Virus record (IMG/VR): IMGVR_UViG_3300020414_000008
Span: 1 to 64,000 of that record
Strand: one strand, 5' to 3'
Length of the DNA stretch: 64,000 bases
Source of the DNA: a virus
Lineage: Duplodnaviria; Caudoviricetes
Positions 55,209 to 64,000 of the stretch are shown one piece after another. The notes below the pieces were generated by a model. It made no database searches and had not been told where the DNA came from. It worked only from the letters and a program-made list of their open reading frames with translations. Position 1 is the first letter of the stretch. The number at the start of each line of letters is the position of its first letter. The position numbers and the translations under genes are program-made.

Positions 55209-56253
55209 CAGATATAAGGAACTCCTTAAACAAGTAAGTATAGAACATAACGAAGTAAAAGATGAATCTTTAAACGACAGAGTTTTGATACTCGATGGAC
55301 TCAATCAGTTCATTAGATGTTTTGGAGCAGTTCCTGCACTCAATGATGACGGTGAACATTGTGGTGGTGTGACAGGTTTTCTCCTGTCCACTGCCTCAAT
55401 AATCCGTACATTAAAACCCACTCGTGTTGTCGTGGTATTTGACGGTAAGGGTGGTTCAAATAGAAGAAAACAATTACACAAGGGATATAAAGAAGGTAGA
55501 AAGGGTTTAACCAAACTAAATAGATTAGCAGGATACGAAGACTTAGAAGACCAAGAAGTGTCGATGAGAAAACAATTTAGTAGACTGATTGAATATTTAC
55601 AAATCCTACCTTTATCACTAACATATATAGATTATGTTGAAGCAGACGATATAATCGCATATCTTTCTAATCATTATTTCAAGAATGAAGTTACAATCTG
55701 TTCGTCAGATAAGGATTTCTTACAATTAGTAAATGATAGAGTTTCTGTCTACGCACTTACTAAGAAAAAACTATATACTCCTGAAATGGTGAAAGAAGAA
55801 TATGGAGTCACTCCTCAAAATCTAATATTTTACAGATGTTTGATGGGTGATAAATCAGATAATATAGGTGGTGTAAATGGTGTTGGACTAAAAACTATTC
55901 AGAATAAAATGACCTTTTTAGGTAAAAATGAACTTTCTTTAGACACATTCATTGAGAAATGTTCTTCAGAGTGTGATGATAAGTTGTCACAAAAACTTAT
56001 TGAAAATGTTGATACTATAAAACTAAATCATAAGTTAATGCAACTACATGACCCTGAAATATCTTCTTCTATAAAATCAAACGTAAGAGAAATCATGGAT
56101 TCCGAAGGAAATAGATTGGATATGATAGAGTTTAAAAAAATGTTTATGTATGATAAGTTATATACAGCATTTGCAAATGTCGACTCTTGGTTACGAAACT
56201 CTTTTACTTCTTTGGAAACAAATCTAAAAAATAATTTTGATATTAAGAAATAA
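55201..56253 (+). CDS. 5'-3' exonuclease/RNase H (T4 Rnh, Pol I 5'-nuclease family)
   Basis: ILDGLN, VFDG, YKEGR, EADDII, SSDKDFLQL, GDKSDNIGGV.GVG.KT. ATG 55201 chosen over the track start at 55198. Confidence 0.92.
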   Translation: MNNRYKELLKQVSIEHNEVKDESLNDRVLILDGLNQFIRCFGAVPALNDDGEHCGGVTGFLLSTASIIRTLKPTRVVVVFDGKGGSNRRKQLHKGYKEGRKGLTKLNRLAGYEDLEDQEVSMRKQFSRLIEYLQILPLSLTYIDYVEADDIIAYLSNHYFKNEVTICSSDKDFLQLVNDRVSVYALTKKKLYTPEMVKEEYGVTPQNLIFYRCLMGDKSDNIGGVNGVGLKTIQNKMTFLGKNELSLDTFIEKCSSECDDKLSQKLIENVDTIKLNHKLMQLHDPEISSSIKSNVREIMDSEGNRLDMIEFKKMFMYDKLYTAFANVDSWLRNSFTSLETNLKNNFDIKK

Positions 56254-56271
56254 TTTCGTATATTATAGTCT

Positions 56272-57630
56272 ATGGAAAAATTAGGGTCAAGGTTTAGTAC
56301 ATCATTTCAGAATAAAGTAATATCGGCAATATTATCAGACAGGTCTTTCACAAGACAAATATATGATATTATCAAACCCGAGTATTTTGATTCTGAAGCA
56401 GCAGAGTGGTTAGTTAGAACCATTCTAAATTATATGAATGAGTTTGAGAAAATGCCTACTTTGGATGTTCTCAAGGTCAAAATCAATTCTATTGAAAGAG
56501 ATGTATTACAAACTTCAGTAATTGATACCCTAAAGTTCGCATGGAACCACTTAGAGAGTGAAGATTTAGAATTCGTAAAAGAACAAGTTCTTGACTTTTG
56601 TAAAAATCAATCTATCAAGAACGCAATCTTAGATTCAGTACCTTTATTAGAAAGTGGTAAGTATGACATGATAAAAAAGAACATTGATACTGCAATGAAA
56701 GCAGGTCAAGATTCTGACATTGGTCATGAATACAAATCCATGATAACTGAAAGATACGAAGATACTGTTAGAAACGTTGTTTCAACAGGATGGCAAGTTA
56801 TTGATGAGATTACACAAGGTGGTTTTGGGAAGGGTGAATTAATTTTATTCGCAGCACCGCCAGGTATTGGTAAATCGTGGTCGTTAGTAAACATTGGAGT
56901 AAATGCAATGAAAAAGGGTAAAACTGTCGCACATTATACCCTTGAATTAAACGAAGGTTATGTTGGTCAGAGATATGATGCTGTATTAAGTGGAGTTGCA
57001 GTTGCAAATCTAAAATACAATATGGAAGACGTGACCAAAGCAGTTAAATCTGTATCAGGTGATTTAGTTGTAAAACACTATCCAACCAAAACCGCCAGTG
57101 TAACTTCTCTAAAAGCACATATGGACAAAATGATACTACAGAATAAAAAACCTGATGTAGTAATAGTTGACTATGCAGATTTGTTGAGAGGTCCTAACAA
57201 AGAAAAAAGACACGAAGAGTTAGAAGAAATTATCGAAGACCTTCGTGGTATGGCAGGTGAGTATGAAGTCCCTGTTTATACAGCATCACAAATTAATAGA
57301 AGTGGTGCAGAAGATGACATAATTACAGGTACTAAGATTGCAGGTTCATTTTCAAAGATGATGACAGCAGACTTTGTTGTATCACTTTCTCGTAAAATAG
57401 AAGATAAACTCGCAGGTACAGGTAGGTGGCATGTTATCAAAAACAGATTTGGTCCCGATGGTATGACATTTCCATCGAAAGCTAATTTTTCCACGGGACA
57501 GATTCACATTTACAACGATGATTCCATTGATGGTAGAAAGACTACAAGTCAGATGAAACAGGGGGAGAGTTTAGTAAGAAAAGAATTAGCGCAAAAATAT
57601 AAGGAAATGTCGGGTGATATTGATTTTTAA
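56272..57630 (+). CDS. Replicative helicase (DnaB/gp41-like)
   Basis: APPGIGKS, YTLEL, IVDYAD, TASQINR, KNRFG; promoter-like TTTG-N19-TATATTAT at 56236-56266. Confidence 0.9.
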   Translation: MEKLGSRFSTSFQNKVISAILSDRSFTRQIYDIIKPEYFDSEAAEWLVRTILNYMNEFEKMPTLDVLKVKINSIERDVLQTSVIDTLKFAWNHLESEDLEFVKEQVLDFCKNQSIKNAILDSVPLLESGKYDMIKKNIDTAMKAGQDSDIGHEYKSMITERYEDTVRNVVSTGWQVIDEITQGGFGKGELILFAAPPGIGKSWSLVNIGVNAMKKGKTVAHYTLELNEGYVGQRYDAVLSGVAVANLKYNMEDVTKAVKSVSGDLVVKHYPTKTASVTSLKAHMDKMILQNKKPDVVIVDYADLLRGPNKEKRHEELEEIIEDLRGMAGEYEVPVYTASQINRSGAEDDIITGTKIAGSFSKMMTADFVVSLSRKIEDKLAGTGRWHVIKNRFGPDGMTFPSKANFSTGQIHIYNDDSIDGRKTTSQMKQGESLVRKELAQKYKEMSGDIDF

Positions 57631-57690
57631 TCATATATATTATCACCGACTAAAACATTTGTATAACTAAAAAATTAAGTTTTAATAATT

Positions 57691-58686
57691 ATGGGATTAT
57701 TTGACAATCGTATACCGTTCAAACCATTTGAATATCCCGAATACTATACAGAAGGTTGGTTAAAACAAGCACAAGCATTTTGGTTACATACTGAAATCCC
57801 AATGCAAGGTGACATCAAAGATTGGAATGAAAATTTGTCAGTCGAAGAGAAACACTTAGTTGGTAATATTCTGCTTGGATTTGCTCAAACTGAATGTGCA
57901 GTATCGGATTATTGGACAACCATGGTAACAAATTGGTTTCCAAAACATGAGATAAAACAAATGGCAATGATGTTTGGTTCACAAGAGACCATTCACGCAA
58001 CTGCATATTCATATCTTAACGAATCATTAGGTTTAGAAGATTTTGAAGCATTTTTACATGAACCTGCAACTGCCGATAGATTTGAAGCATTAGCAGAAGT
58101 ATCATCAAATTATACATACGAAGACTTAAAGAATAATCCTAAAGCAAGACAAGAAGTAGCAAGGTCACTCGCTATCTTTAGTGCATTCGCAGAAGGAGTG
58201 GCACTTTATTCTTCTTTCGCAGTACTTTATTCATTCCAAATGAGGAATAGACTTAAAGGTATTGGACAACAAATGAAATGGAGTGTAAGAGACGAATCTT
58301 TACATTCTAAAATGGGTATCCAACTATTCAGACATATGTGTCAGGAATATCCTGAACTAATAGAAGACGCAAAACCTGTAATTAGAGAGGCAGCGGAAAC
58401 CATGTTAGAGTTGGAACTAAAATTTATTGATAAAATGTTTGAAAAAGGTGATTTAGAAAATCTGAAAAAAGAAGACCTAAAAAACTTTATCAAAAGAAGA
58501 ATCAATGAAAAATACAAAGAGTTAGGTTATTCAGAATCTATAACTTCCTATGATGAAGAATCAGCATCGGAATTAGATTGGTTCTACCACTTAACAGGTG
58601 GACAAACACATACGGACTTCTTCGCTATCAGACCTACTGACTACAGTAAAGCAAATGAGGGTGAAGATTGGGACGACATATTTTAA
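57691..58686 (+). CDS. nrdB: Class I ribonucleotide reductase beta subunit
   Basis: ETIHATAY, EGVALYSSF, RDESLH metal/tyrosyl motifs; HTDFF tail. Confidence 0.93.
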   Translation: MGLFDNRIPFKPFEYPEYYTEGWLKQAQAFWLHTEIPMQGDIKDWNENLSVEEKHLVGNILLGFAQTECAVSDYWTTMVTNWFPKHEIKQMAMMFGSQETIHATAYSYLNESLGLEDFEAFLHEPATADRFEALAEVSSNYTYEDLKNNPKARQEVARSLAIFSAFAEGVALYSSFAVLYSFQMRNRLKGIGQQMKWSVRDESLHSKMGIQLFRHMCQEYPELIEDAKPVIREAAETMLELELKFIDKMFEKGDLENLKKEDLKNFIKRRINEKYKELGYSESITSYDEESASELDWFYHLTGGQTHTDFFAIRPTDYSKANEGEDWDDIF

Positions 58687-58698
58687 GAAAAATCAGTT

Positions 58699-60483
58699 AT
58701 GAAAAATCACGCAGAAAATTTAGGTTGGGAAGTTGGTGTTGATTTTCCTGTTTGGGCAAACACGGAAATCTATGTAAAGACGATATCAAAAGGTTACTTA
58801 CTTCCTGACGAAAAACCAAAAGACGCATATTGGAGAGTATCTACAGCAGTCGCAAGAAGACTGAACAAACCACAACTTGCTTCAAAGTTTTTTGATTATA
58901 TATGGAAAGGTTGGTTAAATCTCGCGTCACCTGTATTATCCAATACGGGAACGGACAGAGGTCTACCAATCAGTTGTTTTGGTATCGATGTAGGAGATTC
59001 AATCCAAGAAATCGGTCACAAAAACTTAGAGATGATGTTACTTGCTAAACACGGTGGTGGAGTAGGTATCGGAGTAAATATGATTAGACCAGCAGGTTCT
59101 AATATTACACAAAACGGAACATCAGATGGTGTTGTACCATTTTGTAAAATTTATGATTCTACAATCCTTGCTACAAACCAAGGTGCAGTTAGAAGAGGAG
59201 CAGCATCTGTAAACTTAAACATCGAACACGATGATTTTGATGAGTGGATTGAAATCAGAGAACCAAAAGGTGATGTAAACAGACAATGTATGAACTTACA
59301 TCAATGTGTTGTTGTTGGTAATAAGTTTATGAGAAAATTAGAAGATGGTGAATCTGAAGCAAGAAGAAGATGGGGTAAGTTACTTCAGAAGAGAAAAGCA
59401 ACAGGTGAACCGTATATCATGTTTAAAGGTAACGTAAACAACGCAAACCCACCAATGTATAAAGATAATGGATTGAAAGTTTTTATGACTAATATCTGTT
59501 CTGAAATCGTATTACATACAGACGAAAATCACTCATTTGTTTGTTGTCTGTCTTCACTTAACTTAGCAAAGTATGATGAGTGGAAAGATACTGATTTAAT
59601 TTATACAGCAACTTGGTTCTTGGATGGAGTTCTTTCAGAGTTCATTCAAAAAGCAAAGAACATGAGAGGATTTGAGAATTCAGTTCGTTCAGCAGAAAAA
59701 GGTAGAGCATTAGGATTAGGTGTTCTTGGATGGCATACTTACTTACAAAGAAAAGGTATTTCGTTTGAAGGACTACCTTCTCAATTTGAAACTCGTAAAA
59801 TCTTTTCTCAAATCAAGATTGAATCAGAAAGAGCAAGTAGAGATATGGCAACTGAGTTAGGTGAACCGTTGTGGTGTAAAGATAGTGGGTTTAGAAATAC
59901 TCACTTAAGAGCAATCGCACCAACTGTTTCTAATTCTAAGTTAAGTGGTAATGTGTCAGCAGGTATTGAACCATGGCCATCAAATGTATTTACGGAACAA
60001 ACTGCAAAAGGTACGTTTATCCGTAAGAATCTTGAATTAGAAAAAGTTCTTAGAAAAGTTGGTATCAACAAAAAATCAACTTGGGACAAAATCTTAGAAG
60101 ATGGTGGTTCAGTTCAAGACATAAAAGAATTAGATGATTGGGGATATGTAGATGGAAAACTCCTAAAAAGAGAAGACATTCCTCAAGAGGCATTTGATAA
60201 AGAACAAGTTTTTTGGGTAAAAGACGTATTTAAGACCTTCAAAGAAATTAATCAGTTAGAATTAATCAGACAAGCAGGTGTTAGACAACAATATATTGAC
60301 CAATCAGTTTCGTTGAATCTGGCGTTCCCATCTGAAGCAACTCCTAAATGGATTAATCAAGTTACTTTAGAAGCGTGGAAACAAGGAATTAAAACTTTAT
60401 ATTATATGAGAACAGAGTCCGTCCTTCGTGGTGATATCGCAGCACGAGCATTGGACCCTGATTGTGTATCCTGTGATGGTTAA
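58699..60483 (+). CDS. nrdA: Class I ribonucleotide reductase alpha subunit (compact, no ATP cone)
   Basis: PISCF, GGGVG, TNICSEI, CCLSS, AIAPT, DQSVS.N, KTLYY, C-terminal CxxC. Confidence 0.95.
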   Translation: MKNHAENLGWEVGVDFPVWANTEIYVKTISKGYLLPDEKPKDAYWRVSTAVARRLNKPQLASKFFDYIWKGWLNLASPVLSNTGTDRGLPISCFGIDVGDSIQEIGHKNLEMMLLAKHGGGVGIGVNMIRPAGSNITQNGTSDGVVPFCKIYDSTILATNQGAVRRGAASVNLNIEHDDFDEWIEIREPKGDVNRQCMNLHQCVVVGNKFMRKLEDGESEARRRWGKLLQKRKATGEPYIMFKGNVNNANPPMYKDNGLKVFMTNICSEIVLHTDENHSFVCCLSSLNLAKYDEWKDTDLIYTATWFLDGVLSEFIQKAKNMRGFENSVRSAEKGRALGLGVLGWHTYLQRKGISFEGLPSQFETRKIFSQIKIESERASRDMATELGEPLWCKDSGFRNTHLRAIAPTVSNSKLSGNVSAGIEPWPSNVFTEQTAKGTFIRKNLELEKVLRKVGINKKSTWDKILEDGGSVQDIKELDDWGYVDGKLLKREDIPQEAFDKEQVFWVKDVFKTFKEINQLELIRQAGVRQQYIDQSVSLNLAFPSEATPKWINQVTLEAWKQGIKTLYYMRTESVLRGDIAARALDPDCVSCDG

Positions 60484-60497
60484 ATGAAGGTAAGAAA

Positions 60498-60734
60498 ATG
60501 AAAGAATATTTGTATTTTTCAGCAGCGTGGTGTCAACCATGTAAAACGTTGAGTCCTGTAATGGAACAAGTCGGTAATACGATTCCCGTAAAAAAAATAA
60601 ATGTGGATGAACAATCCGACTTAGCACAGAGATACGGTATAAGGAGTGTTCCAACTGTAGTTTTGTTAGAGAATCAAATCGAAGTAAAAAGAATTATCGG
60701 TGTAAAACCAATGAACGAGTACTTATCGATATAA
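60498..60734 (+). CDS. trxA: Thioredoxin
   Basis: FSAAWCQPCK, INVDE, IRSVPT. Confidence 0.9.
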   Translation: MKEYLYFSAAWCQPCKTLSPVMEQVGNTIPVKKINVDEQSDLAQRYGIRSVPTVVLLENQIEVKRIIGVKPMNEYLSI

Positions 60735-60747
60735 AATTAAAAAAGTT

Positions 60748-61836
60748 ATGAAACAAACAAAGATTTGTTTGAATGCTATGGTAGCAAACGAATCTAACAC
60801 TATTCTTAGAATGTTAGAGTCGTGTTATCAGTACATTGACTATTGGGTGATTCAAGATAATGGGTCAACTGATGGAACTCAACAAATAATTCGTGATTTT
60901 TTTGAAGAAAAGGGAATTGACGGATTTCTTTATGAAACAGAATGGAAGTTTCCTGGCTACAATAGAGACCATACTTTACAAAAGTGTCTAAGTTCTAATC
61001 ATGGATGTGATTGGATTCTTAGAATGGACGCGGATGAACAATTAAAAGTAGATGATAATTTTGATTGGTCGGTATTCAACGACACTTCTATCGATTCTTT
61101 TAATATCCCCGTAGAAACAACTGATAGTTACTATTATAGAACTTGGTTATGGAACGCAAACAGACCGTGGTATTTCAAACACTCAAAAAGACACGAAACA
61201 ATACATTTACCTGATGTGGATGAAGACTTTGTTAGATTTGATTTAGATAAATCATTTAGACACATCGTAACAAATGACGGACAAACTTGGACTGTAGACA
61301 ATAAGTTTATTACAGACGCACTAACACTTGAGTTAGAAAATGTACCAACTAAAAAAGTATTAGAAGATGACTATCATTTATGGTATATTGGAAAATCATA
61401 TTACGATGGTTATTGGAAAACAGAAGAGTTACCATTTGGTGAACTACATTCATATGAATACGCAAGAAGAGCAATATTTTATTTTGAAATGTATCTAAAA
61501 AACGTTCACGGTGAAAATCCTCATTGGGATGAAATGGGATATTACGCATGTTTATTGTTAGGTAGATTGTATGCATTTTTAGGTGAACCATATGATGGAT
61601 TACAAAAGTGGGAAGAGGCGGAAAAATACTGTCAAGGAAGAAATGAACATTTGATTGATTTAGCATACTATTATAGAGACAATGGATTTTGGGAACAGAT
61701 GTTAGAAGTTTGTACTAAAATTATGAAAAACAAGAATCCGTTTCCTAATTCTACGTTTTTTATAGATAATCAATCATACCCTGATACAGGAACAAGGTGT
61801 AAAGAATTATTAGAAGTTGCAAAAAGAAATGTATAA
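60748..61836 (+). CDS. GT2-like glycosyltransferase with TPR-like C-terminus
   Basis: ICLNAMVANES, DNGSTDGT, RMDADE, HE motif; helical YYACLLLG repeats. Confidence 0.8.
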   Translation: MKQTKICLNAMVANESNTILRMLESCYQYIDYWVIQDNGSTDGTQQIIRDFFEEKGIDGFLYETEWKFPGYNRDHTLQKCLSSNHGCDWILRMDADEQLKVDDNFDWSVFNDTSIDSFNIPVETTDSYYYRTWLWNANRPWYFKHSKRHETIHLPDVDEDFVRFDLDKSFRHIVTNDGQTWTVDNKFITDALTLELENVPTKKVLEDDYHLWYIGKSYYDGYWKTEELPFGELHSYEYARRAIFYFEMYLKNVHGENPHWDEMGYYACLLLGRLYAFLGEPYDGLQKWEEAEKYCQGRNEHLIDLAYYYRDNGFWEQMLEVCTKIMKNKNPFPNSTFFIDNQSYPDTGTRCKELLEVAKRNV

Positions 61837-62926
61837 ATACGATTATTTAATTGTCGGTTCAGGGTTTTATGGAGCAGTTTGTGCATATGAACTGAAAGAA
61901 GCAGGTAAAAAAGTTTGTGTTATTGAAAAAAGAGACCACATTGGTGGTAACTGTTATACGGAAGAGGTAGATAAAATTCATGTACACAAATATGGACCTC
62001 ATATATTTCATACAAACAGTGAGAAGGTGTGGCATTGGATAAATCAGTTTGTAGACTTTAATCAGTTTCAACTAAATCCAATAGCAAACTATAAAGGTGA
62101 GATATACCCACTACCTTTCAATATGTATACATTTAACAAAATGTGGGGTGTTAGAACACCTGAGGGTGCAAAAGAAAAGATTGAATCACAGAGGTTTAAA
62201 GGTAATCCTACTAACTTAGAAGAACAAGCACAAGCTCTTGTTGGTAAAGATATTTATCAAAAATTAATAAAAGGTTACACTGAAAAACAGTGGATGAAAC
62301 CTTGTATGTTGTTACCAAAATCAATCATCAAAAGATTACCTGTTAGATTCACTTACAATAACAACTATTTTAATGACAAATATCAAGGAATACCAATCGG
62401 TGGATACACTCAGATATTTGAAACGTTGTTAGAAGACATTGAAGTATTTACAGAAACAGATTATTTTGACAAAAAGGACTTTTGGGATGGTTTAGGTGAG
62501 ACAGTAATATACACAGGACCAATTGATAAATACTACGATTACAAATATGGTGATTTGGAATACAAATCTGTACATTGGATGAATAAGATGTATAAATCAA
62601 AGGATAACTATCAAGGATGTGCAGTTATGAACTACACTGATTCAGAAACACCATATACACGAATCATTGAACATAAACACTTTGATAATCAAAATCAAGA
62701 AGGAACTTATGTTAGTTGGGAATACCCACAACCATATGAACGGGGAGTTGAACCATTTTATCCTGTAAATGATAAAGTAAACAACGAAAAGTATAACAAG
62801 TATAAAAAATTGTCACAACAACAAGACAAGGTGATATTTGGTGGTAGATTAGCAGAATATAAGTATTACGATATGCACCAAGTAATCGCAGCAGCATTAA
62901 AGAAAGTAGAAACATTACTATGGTAG
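61829..62926 (+). CDS. glf: UDP-galactopyranose mutase
   Basis: IVGSGFYG, HIGGNCY, HKYGPHIFHT, YTEKQW, YQGIP, TRIIEHKHF, GRLAEYKYYDMHQ. ATG 61829 chosen. Confidence 0.95.
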   Translation: MYKYDYLIVGSGFYGAVCAYELKEAGKKVCVIEKRDHIGGNCYTEEVDKIHVHKYGPHIFHTNSEKVWHWINQFVDFNQFQLNPIANYKGEIYPLPFNMYTFNKMWGVRTPEGAKEKIESQRFKGNPTNLEEQAQALVGKDIYQKLIKGYTEKQWMKPCMLLPKSIIKRLPVRFTYNNNYFNDKYQGIPIGGYTQIFETLLEDIEVFTETDYFDKKDFWDGLGETVIYTGPIDKYYDYKYGDLEYKSVHWMNKMYKSKDNYQGCAVMNYTDSETPYTRIIEHKHFDNQNQEGTYVSWEYPQPYERGVEPFYPVNDKVNNEKYNKYKKLSQQQDKVIFGGRLAEYKYYDMHQVIAAALKKVETLLW

Positions 62927-63477
62927 TAATTGATGATTTTATTAAAGACGAAGACCTTTTAAATCGACTCAAAGAGGATAATACTTTTTGGGATGATAAG
63001 GGTTACTATTGGTGGAACGGGTGGTGGAATACACCAACCAACACACTTAAGAAAGAGTTAATACAGTATATTTGGGGTGAAAACTCCCCATACCCATCTG
63101 TAAACGTTTCAGGGTTTGAATATTGGACAGGTGTTTATTCTCAAGACGAGGAACGAGATGAACTACCATTTCATTTTGATAAAGATGAATATATATGGGA
63201 TACTGAAAAAAGAATAGTTAGACCCGTAATAGGAACAGTTTTCTATCCGTGGGAAAACGATATCGATGGTGGATATCTTGAAATATATCCTGACGGAATG
63301 GAAGGTGAACCTGAAAGATTAGAACCCAAATACAATAGATTAGTTATCTTTCCTGCAGGTCACCATCCACATAGAGTTACTAAAGTTACTCGTGGGACAC
63401 GAAGAGCCATCGCAATAAACCTATGGGACGTAGAACCATCAGGTGTAAAAAATGGTGAAATGTATTTGGAAAATTAA
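62920..63477 (+). CDS. 2OG-Fe(II) oxygenase
   Basis: HFD (HxD), GGYLEI, PKYNRLVIF, HRVTKVTRGTR. Confidence 0.85.
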   Translation: MVVIDDFIKDEDLLNRLKEDNTFWDDKGYYWWNGWWNTPTNTLKKELIQYIWGENSPYPSVNVSGFEYWTGVYSQDEERDELPFHFDKDEYIWDTEKRIVRPVIGTVFYPWENDIDGGYLEIYPDGMEGEPERLEPKYNRLVIFPAGHHPHRVTKVTRGTRRAIAINLWDVEPSGVKNGEMYLEN

Positions 63478-63496
63478 TAAAAATTTTGTATATTAG
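63465..63496 (+). promoter_or_regulatory. Bacteroidota-type housekeeping promoter
   Basis: TTTG-N20-TATATTAG. Confidence 0.55.
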
Positions 63497-63714
63497 TGAA
63501 AAGATTTAAAATGAGGTTACGAGGTGAATCACATCCACAACATAAATTAACAGAAGGACAAGTGAAGTCTATCAGAAAATTATGGTCTGTGGGTCATCGT
63601 AATATAAGAGTATTAGCAAGAAATAACGGAGTATCTCCTGCGAATATTAGAAAAATAGTAAAAGGGGAAACTTGGACTCACCTACTTTTTGGTGAATTTA
63701 ACGATTATCAATAA
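63496..63714 (+). CDS. Small HTH DNA-binding protein (HNH-endonuclease C-terminal-type domain, no nuclease)
   Basis: RGESHPQHKLTEGQVKSIR...LARNNGVS..NIRKIVKGETW; true start may be the internal ATG at 63511. Confidence 0.65.
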   Translation: MKRFKMRLRGESHPQHKLTEGQVKSIRKLWSVGHRNIRVLARNNGVSPANIRKIVKGETWTHLLFGEFNDYQ

Positions 63715-63717
63715 TAT

Positions 63718-64000
63718 ATGTATCAAAACGTATACTACGAAAAAGAAAAGAATATCATACACTGTTGGGATGATGAAAAAGGTTACTATACATCAAAGTA
63801 TCGTAGATACGCATATGTAAGAGACGGTAATGGAGCACATCAATCAATTCACGGTGAACGTTTAAAGAAACTTACTTGGTGGAAAGCAGAAGATGATTTA
63901 CAATTATATGAATCAGATGTAAACGAAGTTACAAGATTCTTAATTGACAACTATGGTGACTCAGATGAATCATCAGTTGGACATACAGTTCTTACTTTTG
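63718..64000 (+). CDS. Probable family B DNA polymerase, N-terminus (partial)
   Basis: MYQNVYYEKEKNIIHCWDDEKG...YAY...SIHGE...LYESDV...RFLID.Y...HTVLTF(D); truncated where the ExoI DIE motif is expected. Confidence 0.65.
   Translation, partial: MYQNVYYEKEKNIIHCWDDEKGYYTSKYRRYAYVRDGNGAHQSIHGERLKKLTWWKAEDDLQLYESDVNEVTRFLIDNYGDSDESSVGHTVLTF

Overview
64 kb of an AT-rich, T4-like (Far-T4-type) large myophage genome. Every convincing gene is on the + strand. Order: lysis-like genes, terminase, portal, prohead protease, phage ribosomal protein bS21, scaffold, major capsid, PhoH, fibre/decoration genes, two very long collagen-like genes, three modifying enzymes, neck, sheath, tube, chaperone, tape measure, baseplate, a small early cassette, and replication/nucleotide metabolism (mini PolA, gp32-like SSB, RecA/UvsX, 5'-3' exonuclease, helicase, RNR, thioredoxin, glycosylation genes, start of a PolB). 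Host-type promoters (TTTG-N19/20-TAnnTTAG-like) point to a Bacteroidota host. The best candidate new system is a phage 'procollagen' pathway at 21473-32279. Two ~1.1-1.2 kaa Gly-X-Y proteins rich in X-Lys-Gly and X-Thr-Gly each begin with a Hint domain that keeps only the C-terminal cleavage residues (VHN), i.e. a putative self-removing propeptide. They are followed by a 2OG-Fe(II) hydroxylase, a GT2, and a GT-B enzyme fused to a PLOD/LH3-like lysyl hydroxylase. A second candidate is a translational switch: many virion genes carry AGGAG-type Shine-Dalgarno sites, most enzyme genes and the bS21 gene do not, and the phage encodes the protein that controls anti-SD availability in Bacteroidota. 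Other signals: a TATTTATA late-promoter-like motif, a probable +1/-2 tail-chaperone frameshift, structured leaders, and restriction-site avoidance (GATC absent, GCATC/GATGC strand asymmetry). All assignments come from motif recognition by eye; no searches were run.
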